Below, piece by piece: positions 52,125 through 63,700 of a stretch of DNA of 64,000 nucleotides. Both the position numbers and the translations under genes were made by a program. Source of the stretch: Balanoglossus misakiensis (Eukaryota; Animalia; Hemichordata); NCBI GenBank assembly GCA_040954595.2, contig CM082596.2, positions 8,383,124-8,447,123 of the forward strand, read 5' to 3'. Under the pieces are notes generated by a model. The model was not told where the DNA came from, made no database searches, and saw nothing but the letters and a program-made list of their open reading frames with translations. The stretch's first letter is position 1. Each line of letters starts with the position of its first letter.

Positions 52125-52698
52125 ATGAGTGAAGACCGAAGTGAAGTCATTGATGAACTCAGTATATTAGAAAGGAGTGAGTCGCCATCGAGCAAGCCCG
52201 CTTTGAGAGTCGAGTTTCAGATCGGTCCCGACCAGGAGCTGTGCAGCAACACCACCACCACCAGCGACAGCACAATGCAGCAGAGCCACCAAGAATTGGT
52301 CAGTATTGCCGAGCATCCGACGGATCCCAGCCAATCCAGCTCTTCACATTCCATGGGCGAGAGCGCTTTCCAGCTGCACGTGGTCACCTCGGCGCCGGTC
52401 CCCATTCCGGGGTCGGCGTCGTCGTCGAGTCGCGCCGGACCCCCTTTTGCCATTCAGACCTCGCCCGTCTACAGTTCACCGCAGTCTTTCATGATCCGCC
52501 AGAGTGTGTCGGCGCCGGCCCTGCCCTGCTATTTCTGCGGCAGCAGCCCCAAAGTGTGCCACACTGCGTCCACGCAGACCACGGCCCAGTCGGCCATGAT
52601 GGACCACAGACAACAAGCGGCAGCGGACAGTGAGGACAGTGACAGTGGTGACGAGAGCGACGATGACACCATCGAAGAAGTGCCACTCTATCTCCCCG
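52125..52698 (+). CDS. BH3-only protein (BIM/BAD-like), first coding exon: disordered Ser/Pro-rich region, LC8-binding TQT motif, acidic tract
   Basis: Acceptor ctccatcag|52110, ATG at 52125, GC-rich open frame of 191 codons, donor CCC G|gtaagt (phase 1). Contains GPPFAIQTSP...FMIRQS...CYF...SPKVCHTASTQT, collinear with BimEL as recalled. Confidence 0.85.
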
Positions 52699-55600
52699 GT
52701 AAGTCGATCCCGTCCTGTCAATATTTAAAACACAACATCTACATAACACAGTGTCAGTAACGGTCGCTTTTTTCGTATTAACTGTATTAAACTTTGTGAC
52801 ACTGGTTGAATTGTTTGTTATTTTGGAGTTAACCGTTTTCTGTGAAAATGACGTTCCAGTCCAACATCTATAGATCTCCACACATGACTTTGATTGTGTA
52901 TAATATAGAAAGTTGTCGTCTGCCTTAAACAGTGAGAGAAATATCGTCACTAATATGGGCAGCAGAGTGTGCCCCCTAAGCCAATATGACCAACCACTGA
53001 CTCGACAAACTCACTGGTGACTCAAGAAAAGTATCCACAAAACAATACATGCAAATGTACAGGGTTGACTCAGAGAAATTTCTAGAAATCCTCAAATTGG
53101 CCCAAAGCTTTCGAAAATTATATTTGTTAGAGGGCACACTGGGCATTATTGTCATTGGCTTGAGTGTGGTGTACATGTATCTTAACCAGAACAGATTTTT
53201 GTCTTGTAACCATTTAGGGTATATAGTCAGATTGGTTTACAATAGTTTGTTTTTCCCAGTCAGATGTTTCACCTGTGTTGTATTTTATTGTGACATTAAA
53301 TGCAATTGTTTGCTTTCATTCAGCGCATATAGCGTCTTAGACCTGACAAAAAGTGTTCAATTGATTGATGACACGTACCTGAGGGATGTTCAAAAGAACA
53401 GACAAAACGATTTACATGCCCTTGAACTAGGATGAAGTAAGTCACGGCCAAAAGTGCTACATATTGCCTCATTTTGGCCAGCTATCTGTGAAACTACCAT
53501 ACACGCTATGTCAAAGGTGAATGGAAAAAATCAATATGGCTTAGGTTTATTGATTGGGGTAGTAACAATGCACAGCCTTGAAGGAAAGACTTGACCCACG
53601 CAGCTGTGGTGATGGTCAAAAATCAATACATGGATAGAACATTGCCAGAGCTAAAAAACCATCATCAAGTATACGGCCATGGCCCTGTACAAACTCAAAT
53701 CCCCTGAGGACCTTGTGCCTTTCTGGACTCTGTCCCAATATCTAACACCAAGCCAATATATACAAGTTCTCATCACAATCTATTTCCTTGATAATCTGTA
53801 ATTTAAAAAAAAACCAGACATTCAATGAAACCTATCCTTTTGTGTGATCAATCTAAACCAATACAGAACCAACTATGGTAGATTTTTTTAAAAACTGTCC
53901 AAATCACATTTTCATCTATGAAATGATTGAAATAGTTAATACACTTTGGTCATGGTGTTGCCATCTGGTCGATTAAACAGCAAAATCTTCTGAGATTGAC
54001 AAATTCTTCAGAGGACAATTTGTACTCAGGAATGAGAGTAAGGTCAAAAATAGTTCAAGGTTACGGTTAAATAATTATGGATGACACTGTCAGTTGTAAT
54101 AATTGACATTTTGAGTGCTGAGAACCTCAACATCAACTAGAACCTAGCCCAAATAATCGTCTATTATTTGGTCTGTTGATCAAATAGTTGTCTTTGTGTT
54201 TTAACAGTGGGGTGAAATATAGTGTCCAGATTGGTTGTTTTGCTTTTCAGGAACTGGTAGTGTAGTACTGAAAGATAAAAATGAAAATACAAGAACCTAA
54301 TTTTGAAATTGTTATCTTTGAAATATATGTTTAATTCTGTAAATTAAAATGTGACATGACTTCCAGTATTTAAAGAACCATATCTGAATTTGCCATCAGT
54401 CACAGACAGTCACAGATACATGATCAGAATAGATACATGTACCACAATGTATGTGAGCTCTGTCACCAAAGAATTTCCACTCTTTTTGTTAAATTTGAAT
54501 TAATTTGTACCATATCATATGTTTTGACTATATGGTCTGTCATAATTTCAAGCAAGTCAAATTCAGTGTGAGTCTGCAGTCGCGCATTTGACCTCAAAAT
54601 GTTTGAATGAAACCTGAGATGAAACATGTTGAAAACCTGAGATGAAAAATGCTCATAAATATTTGAATGTTGCGTGATATTGCCCGGTATCAATGGTGAT
54701 GGTTGCATCATTAATTTACCACAATCGGTCATCGGTACCAGTTTATCCGGGACAAAAGCAGTTTTAAGTACCAGGAAAATTGGAATTGCCTGCATCATAT
54801 GTCACAGTGACATTGACTTCAAGGTCAGGGAGTACATACATGTACCTGTTGCGATTTGAGGCCATTTTGATTTTGCTAGGAAAGCCTGTGATTGGCGCGT
54901 TTACATGTACAACACAGAAGTGTTGCTTGTGAGTACTGCATACATGTAGACTAATGTGGTGACACCGATTTGAATGGCAGTGACTCAGTCCACTGTGGTT
55001 TGAGCAGTTATGTAGGTTTTGGGTTCAAGTTCAGGTCAGACCACTGGCTGTGGCATTGACACCACTGTGGTACAGTTGGTGATGGTACATGGACCACTGA
55101 TGCCAGTGGTAGTGATACCACCCTGATAACAGTATTAACACCATATATGGTTGTACCACCATCAATGGTGTACTTTTCACTAATTCAGTTCAAAAAAAGC
55201 ATGTAGGACATTCACAGCATGACACCTGATGTGTTATCATGGCCACATTTCAGTTTGGCACCTTCTGTGGTAATACCACTGTAATAACTTTCACTGATTG
55301 TGGCAAGTACATGTACAAAGCAACAGAGTTTAGCACCTTGTAAACAGAAACGAAGTGGCCCAGCTAACAGGTGGCAATTAATTCAAGAGACTCTCTCTCT
55401 CTCCATCCAGCCAGTCTTATCAGCGGTATCAGTAAAATACACAGTGAGTGTACATGTAGTTAGTCTCTCCACCCACAGCTCTGAATAGTTCTTTGTCCTC
55501 AAAAAGTAGCGACCTTTTTTTTCGAAATGAGGGGGGCGGAATAACACACTGCCTTGTGCTTTGCAATAAATCTTGTTCAGTTGGTTTTTCAGAGGTGACT

Positions 55601-56212
55601 ACAACAACATTGCTAGTCGCGGTGGAGGAGGTGTAGTCACTTCATGACTCGGAACATTGTGATTAAGACCACAGTGTCATAGACAAGACCACATGTGAAT
55701 GAATGCATCATCACAAACACGTTGGTGCAATATATTACTCACGCCCTTTGTTTGAAAAAAGTTTTTCAATAAATTAAATAAAATTAGTAAGAGTGAATAA
55801 TCAGATGAATTTGCCAGCTTTTTAATGCGTGATAAATGTGTCAATGTTAAGGTCAGGTCATGGTGACATTGGCTAATCTGTCTGTCTAGACATGGTAATT
55901 ATGAGTGTTCTGATGGACTTCTCTGTCAAGGAGTGAGAATAAGATTCAACTGTTGAAAATTAGAGTTAACAGATATCAAACGTTAGCTGAGGTGATAATC
56001 AAGCATATTACCATAAAAAGAATTAACAGAAAATGAACACTAACATAAGCAAACTATTATACCATAAAGACAACTGAAATGCTGTTTGATAACTTTTATT
56101 GTTCATATTTTTTGCAATTTTATTATAATATAAAATTGGTATTTTTCTCAGTGTAACCTTGTCCTATAAAATTTACAGCATACAGTTGTAGTCTGTAAAG
56201 TAGTCATTGAAA

Positions 56213-57065
56213 CACGGTTACTAGAAGAAGACGGTTAGGAAACTATTTTTTCTCCATTGTTAGATGCTCGCCTCGGTAAACACTTAGTGTAAACGAAAGA
56301 TATCAGGTGCTAACGAGCCTGGCCATACGAATAAACAGACAGAATAACTGACCGCTCGGTCAAAATGACGTCATTACCCCTACAATCCAAAGCAAACCAT
56401 ACTCATGTTTACGGAATTGCTTGCAGGCACAGTACGTATACCACCAGATTTGAGGAAAACAGATCAGAGAGTGGATAATTTATAAAGTCACAGCACATTT
56501 ATGACAATTTTGAACTTTCAAGGACATGATGAAGCCATACATTCTTTGTCTTGACTGTGCCCTAGAGATTCGATGCGAACCAAAACAAACAAGATGGCCG
56601 CCAAAGGCTATATCGATAATGTTAACGACTGTATCGAAATGGGTATGCAATCTCAACGAAATATTCCAATTGGAATAAACGAAATAGCCCATGCAATACA
56701 AAAAGGTGTAAAATATCTAAATATATTTAAAAAAAACAGAAATGCGACCATCAGGGTTGAATTCTAGGGGTTCAAAATTTGACGCTATTTGAGTCCGGAC
56801 TTTTAGTTAACAACCCAAGAAACAATGGTAGAGTGTCGCAAGCCCAACAGACTATGACCGTGCACTCCATAAGCCTATATGGAACTCGTACAAAAAAAAG
56901 TGGCGCTGTACTCTGACGAAAAAGGGCAGATGAAGGGGTTCAAAAATTAACACGTTCCCCAATACAACCCCACATAGCGGTTCAGACATGTACTCTCCTA
57001 GCTAACACCTCGTTCACACCTTCCGAACAATAGAGTTTCCTAACCGTCTTCTTCTAGTAACCGTG
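56213..57065. mobile_element. Non-autonomous DNA transposon with 32-bp perfect TIRs and a 7-bp TSD (P-superfamily-like)
   Basis: TIR CACGGTTACTAGAAGAAGACGGTTAGGAAACT at both ends, direct repeat ATTGAAA at 56206-56212 and 57066-57072, no transposase ORF. Confidence 0.88.
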
Positions 57066-59572
57066 ATTGAAACAATAAATTTTTTTTCAACAAACAAATT
57101 GATAATTTATGTACAAGAATTTACAACTGTTCATTATGTTAATGAAAGTTTTAAAGAGTTTTTTTATCATCTATAGCCAAAATTTATTGAAATCTATGGC
57201 CTGTCAGATTGAATGTGATCACGCACTTATAGGCGGACACTGTTGCAAGACTCAACTGGATGACATCATTTGAGTTGTCATGGTAGCATTTCCTCATTAG
57301 CATAGTCTACCACAGCAGGATTTTGTCCTATGATGGCATAGTAAGTTCTGTGTTTATGGTTTGGATGTACAGTAATAGAGGGACTGTGTTTGGATGGATG
57401 TTGTACATGATCAGCGACTGTGAAGTACTTGCCCCTGAGTACAGTTTACTTTTTCAGTGCAACAGAGACATGCTTTTTGTTTCACTGTTTCTATGGCAGT
57501 AAATCAAATTGTGTGAATCACGCGCTTGATGACCTTGGTAATCATGACTTCACTCTTACTAACTCCAGGCACTCAGCCAACAATGTGAAGTTGCCCTCAT
57601 TAAAGTTGCCACCAGTTCAAATTTAAATAACACCAACGTCATTAGAACGATCCTTCATCGGTCACCCGCTGACATTTGACCTCTGACATTTCACCCTTGA
57701 CGTTTATCCATGAATCTTAAATAGTGGCGTACCTGGGCGCAAGCAGAGAACTGGGCAACATTTCCATGGTTACCGCTGTGCAATCATTGCGGTACACCGT
57801 ACACTTTAGCAGAAGACGTGGTGGTCAATATTAACTTGCAGTTTTTCAAAGTTCACCCCCATCCCTTGCATTGTAGGCGGTCGTGTCGATTTAGACTTTT
57901 TAAAGGTACATCACCAATACATGAATACAGAAATAACCGCACAGCTTGAAGTAAAGTGGTCATTTCACTCGGAAAGGGGTCTTCCAAAGACCATAAGTAA
58001 CAAGCTGTTTCAGTTGCCATGGCTATCTATTTTTATACTTCATAACAATTAAAAGTAAACTCATTTTTAATGTGATTGTCATACTTGTAACTGGCAGGAA
58101 TGTGACTGGTTGATTCATAGGGGAGAGAACTGAAGAGGAAGTGTTTTTTGTTCAGTATTTCTTTTCTTTTTTTGGTTCTGTGTGTCAAGAAGTTTTTTTC
58201 TGCTTACAGCACGCTTGTATGAGACAGTTGTTAACAGACAAATGATTCAACCGATTGTACACATACTGGTTTATAGGATGATAATTTTGTATATATGGGA
58301 TTTTTATCATCAGAAAAACAAGTCAATACATTAAAGTTATACAGTCACCTATGTATGGTCACAAGGGCATGTCTTAGTCTTCAAATGACTGTGTGGTGGC
58401 GCACTTTTTTTTTCGTGTGCCACCCATTGAAAATCTCTGATTGGCCATATTTGAATTTTCCATGGTAAAAGTAGCTGAATTTGCATATATATAGGTGACT
58501 GTGTACCTGTCAAAATACTAACAAGATGGCCAAGAGTTATTATAGCTTTCTTTATTGGAGATTTCAAGAAAGTAGCATTCACCAAACAGTACTGTGTGTA
58601 TGGTGGTTATGAAGAACTTGTTAAATGTTTCAGATGGAAAGGGTGTTATGATTGAATAAATTCTACAAGGATTTAAAGAAACTGGTCGAGTTGTGTTTTA
58701 TCAACAAAACTTAATTGGGTGCCAATCTGATGACCAGCTCACTCATTCTACTTTTACATTGTAGAGTTTCTGACTAATAAAGTTAAAATAATTTAACAGT
58801 GTAGTACTCTGCAGTCCTTTGAAAACAGGACAGTTTTGTTTCGACAAGAAAGGATGACTTATCAACAACAATAAAACAATATGACAAACAAGTAAAACAG
58901 CATGCAGTATTATTAAAAAAAACTAGATTTGCAGCATGCAGTGGATAGACACAGTGCCCTATTGGCATGGTCAACTTTGAAGGCCACAAATATTTCTGTG
59001 GTTTTGTAAATGTTATGTATGAGTTGCAAGCAGTGATGTATGGTTATAAAGTTTTAGCAGTTTCTCAAGTAATGACATCACATAACAACAAGTCTGCTGT
59101 GACGATTGCCTGTTCATTCTGCAACTTCAAATAAAAACGTTGTCTTTGGACATCAGTGAGTGGTTTACTGGTTACATGTAGTTGTCAAAGTGCCTTGGAG
59201 AACTACAAAATGATGAATGTTAAAAAGGGCATACGTTATAAATATGGATGTGATGTGATTGTTTTATATGTACTCTTACAATAATGTGTTTGTCTTCCAG
59301 GGATATAGTCAACAGATCAAATTGGTCTCAAATAAAAGAAAGACTGCAAAAAATAAAAGTTGTCATGTCAAAATTTGTGAAACGTCAACTTTTCATCAAA
59401 AAGTTAGAAATTAATGGATGATTTTACATCTGAGCTATGCTCTCAAAGAGATTTTTTTGAATGGCGGAATATTTGAAGACATGGTTTATCAATATTTTAG
59501 TCAGGCCTTGATACATATAGAGGTTGCAGAGTTAGAAACAGCATGTTTTTTTTCATGTTGAATTGCTTTTAA

Positions 59573-59917
59573 AGGGACAAAGTCTCTCTCATGCTGCCCA
59601 ATTTTCATTAATTTTGTTTGATGCAAGACACTGTTTATGTATGTACATGTGGATATATAGTGAATCAACGTTCATCCACACACAACTTCCATCCCACTTG
59701 TAGACACTAGAGTGAAAAACTCACCAAAATGAATAATCGGTGTTTACCATTTGTTTATTTGGGCGAGATTTTTACCCTCATATCCTACAAACGGGATGGA
59801 AGGTGTGTGTGGTTGAATGTTGATTCACAATATATCCACATGTAGAATAACATAAACGGTGTCTTGTATCAAACAAAATTAATGGAAAAAGGGCAGCAAG
59901 AGAGAGACTTTGTTCCT
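59573..59917. mobile_element. Kolobok-type MITE family A, copy 6
   Basis: TTAA|AGGGACAAAGT...ACTTTGTTCCT|TTAA. Confidence 0.85.
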
Positions 59918-59963
59918 TTAATACTGTGTAATTGACGCTGTTTCTGTGTCGTTTGGCAATTAG

Positions 59964-60163
59964 GGAATGGTAATAACCGTTGGCGATCCCGGTCTGAGTC
60001 GGACGACCCTGGCAGCCGCACTCGATGCCACCCGTTGCCGGACTTGTTGGAATTCCGCAACCGATCCCACTCGGAGCCAGCAGATATACGACCTGAGATT
60101 GAGGTTGGCCGGGAATTACGCCGGATTAGCGATGAATTCCACCTGTCTTATCAGGAATGCAGG
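59964..60163 (+). CDS. BH3-only protein (BIM/BAD-like), BH3 exon
   Basis: caattag|GG...AGG|gtcagt, 200 nt, phase 1/0, in phase with the 52698 donor. Encodes (G)NGNNRWRSRSESDDPGSRTRCHPLPDLLEFRNRSHSEPADIRPEIEVGRELRRISDEFHLSYQECR; the BH3 core L-x-x-I-S-D-E-F is at 60116-60139. The downstream terminal exon was not identified. Confidence 0.9.
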
Positions 60164-60358
60164 GTCAGTCAACAATTTATTTAAACTATATTCATAATTA
60201 TTATCATATCATATCATTTCTTGCTTTTATATCCCCTCTGATGAAGTCTTGTATGTATAAAAAAACAAAAGCAAAATGTGGTGATGTTGGTGACGGCATT
60301 GTCATTTATGTATTGCTGGGTTTGATCAATGTTCAAGTTAATTTTTGTGAGTGTTTAA

Positions 60359-60705
60359 AGGGACAATTTTGACATTATTTTGGTTATTTTATTTTCATAG
60401 GCTATTTGATGTTGTTGTCTACTCACTGAAACATGCCCGTTGACCGGTTGTCAAGGCCTCAATTCACAAGCCATGCATGGAATATCACAAATGATTACTT
60501 CCATCATTTAATTTTTGGTCTTCACCAAAAATGATTTGGCAGGCATATTCTCAGGATGGTGTTCATATACCTGATGTACAGGCTGCAGGTTGAATTGTGA
60601 CAACTGTTCATTTAGCATGTTTCAGTGAGCAGAATAAGATAAATAGCTCATCAAGTAAAATTTGAATCACCAAAAAAATGTCAAAAAATGAGCAACTTTG
60701 TCCCT
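60359..60705. mobile_element. Kolobok-type MITE family B (same termini, different interior)
   Basis: TTAA|AGGGACAA...TTGTCCCT|TTAA with internal inverted arms (ctcactgaaacatgc / gcatgtttcagtgag). Confidence 0.7.
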
Positions 60706-63700
60706 TTAACATGGTAGATTTATGGAGGCTGCTTCTTTGAACTGAACACCGTGTGACTTGACCTTATTGTTTGCAAAATATTGTAATTGAAAGGAGGGAT
60801 GTTCAAATGAAATGAGGGAGTGAAGAACAGTAACACTGCCGCAGTGTCATCGCGAGAACATGTGACAGAAGAACCAAAGCCAATCTCTGCAAAAGTGTTA
60901 TTTCATCAAAATCAGAAATTAGGTCGCTTGCTTCCTTTGTCTGCACAGCCAGTCAGCGGAAATAAGTATGACTGTGCGATCTGTTACCAAGGAAACAGAA
61001 AACAAACAAATATCTGAACACCCCCGAAGAGACAATGAACCCTGGGAAAAAACTTGTCCAATTTTTATGGATTTTTATCTGTAGATAAATGGGCTTGTGT
61101 TTGCTGTTTCAATAGGCCGTCGCATGTTTTTATGCTCACTGGCAAACCCGTCTCGAGGGAAATCATCCATATTTAACATAATGAGAAATATTATTTTGTT
61201 TTGTTTATAGTCAGATTCTATATACAGCAGAATCTCAGTTTTGTTGTATTAAGTAATAATGTTTAACAACATCAAGGTAATGGGGGAAAAACAAAGGAAA
61301 AACAACAACAGACTAATTAGATACAAATTGCCAATGTTATATCGCCTTTCTGACCACAAGTGGCAGATTGACTGAAAGTGTTCCCTGTAAAAATTCGTGG
61401 CCAATTTCATGAAAGGTAACAACCCATACACAGTTGTTAAACACTGAATTATTAGAGATAGTCATCGGATCATTATGTCACCCCACATGTGAACATCTGA
61501 AAATCTGAATTCAAAGTAAAGACAACCAATTTGGGCAGATCAAGCTTCTTAAGTCATCATATTCAAATATGAAATAATCCAATATGGGGCAGAGAGAGAA
61601 AGAGGCCGGGAGGAATTATGTAAAACTGTAAATGGAATGATGAGATGTGTCCTTCATGGCAAACTACAGCACAAGGTCACCTTAAGTCTGTTTGAGTAAC
61701 CTTGCCCGGGTGAAGCAACCACCGAGATAAATTGTGGGACCTGACTGCTGGAAAAGTGGTCCAAATTGAACACAACTTCTTATTTATTCAAAATCATGAC
61801 ACTGAGACAAACATGAAATTATGTTGCAACCTTGAAGCATTGTATTGAGTGTTTACATCAATAACATACATGCTTTTTATTTATAAGTTTTCTCAGTTTA
61901 TCATTTTAACTTAAGTTATTTCACTCTTGAGACATGTGGTTTTGATTTTCATTTGCCTGTTAATAATTTCTAGGGAATATTATCAGTACTTGTAATATTT
62001 TCAGGTGTGTGTTATTTTTGATTTCTGTTTTCTGAAATATGCAAACGTAAATAATAAGTGTCAGTATGTATGGTAACCAATGTGCCTTTGTGGATTGTGA
62101 ATGGAGGAGAGATGAATTTCTTGGTGTGTCGACTTGTGCAGAGCTGCCGTCCTAACATTGATAAAATACATTATGTTAATGAGATTGTTCAATATTAACA
62201 AGCCGTGTGGTGGTCCCTAAGTTGTCTAACCATGAACTTGACTGCACCCTGTCTATTGATTCAGATTGGACAGGGCAGAAGTTACTCACACAAGTCTGCC
62301 ATGCTTGTTCGCAACTCAGAACTGCTCGATTTTGATGCCAGTCGTTCCTGGTTCAGTTTCAAATGATTTTAAAATTTTCTTGATTTTAAATTATTACTGG
62401 TTCTCTGTATTTAAAGTAAATTTCGATAATCCTTTTGTGGAAACAGTGAAAGATACAAATGTATATTTCTGAGTTAAAGGCTTGAGTGTTTGATCGAGTG
62501 ATATTGTTTAATGTGTGGCTGTTGTTGGTAGTCTTGTTCTAATGATGTCAAGGCCAATCACCTGCCATATTGGGTTTTTCTCCACAAATTTCACAACTGT
62601 TTACCAATTTCTTTGCGTTTTTATTACAAACCACACCTTCTGTTGAAAAACACCATTGTTTGGTCCATTATTTATTTACAATTTGTTTTGTTTTTGTTTG
62701 TTGTTTTATTTTTAGATCTGGTCATGCTGATTATCATAATTTATGTGGCATGTCATGTAATGTATTGTAATGTATGACGGCTGGTTGGAGAATGGATGTG
62801 GGCATTCAAAAAATTTGTTTACTATCATCTTCGACACTATAAACACAAATATCGGGTGACATGACTGGATTGATCAAGATCTTCGCAAGATTCTGTTTCA
62901 AAAATCATTGATTTCTGAAATCTCACAGGATCTCCAGATCCGACCAAGCAACAGTAGTCTCGAACTCTGAGTAAAATCTTAAAATGACAGGAAAGTCCAG
63001 AATATGCAAATGTCAACACTCCACGCTAAAACAGATTAAAATTAAAAGATGTTTTTGAAGCCAAAGAAGATCTAATTTTATAAATGGTGGTGATTTTTTT
63101 GTATGAATTGCTGATGACTATGGGCTGATTCAGCATTTTATGCGCAGACCTTGAAATATTCTAAATGGTAAAAGAAGGTTCATTGACTGGCCTACTTAGC
63201 TTACATTGATATATTTAGATTCTGGAAACCATTACTGCAAGTTTGTGTTGACATTCTTGTTATATTTTAGCCAAGGTCACCAAAATACTTCCATATAATT
63301 TTTGTTCCAGAATTTTTTTGTTTAATATTTTACAACAGCCCATTTTAATGATTAGCAAAATTACTCAAAATTTCATTGTCAATATTTTACCAATATGATT
63401 ATAATGACATTTACATAAAGCTACATATGTACATAATATTTTAAAAACTAAAGTCGGTTTATCACATAAATGATTATATGTCCACATACATGCATCTAAC
63501 AATGGTAGTTTTTGCAGAATTTTGAATGAAAGTAATTTAGATGGTTTCTTGGAAGAAACAGTTAGCCATGATGCATAATTTTATATACATGTGTTTACAA
63601 GCAGTAATCAGATTTTGTTTGACTCAACATTGATAAATTATTTGATTTCTGGTCTGTTTTCACCAATGCCGGAATATTGCACTCTTCCGGAGTGAATTTC

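Noticed and set aside
52217-52950. Several overlapping ORFs in other frames and on the other strand
   Set aside because: Shadows of the GC-rich coding exon. The 52699-52760 tail of the main ORF is intron read-through past a perfect gtaagt donor.
59967-60197. ORF-track 76-aa ORF (MVITVGDP...) and the antisense ORF 59869-60060
   Set aside because: Wrong frame or strand. The splice-compatible frame encodes the BH3 motif.
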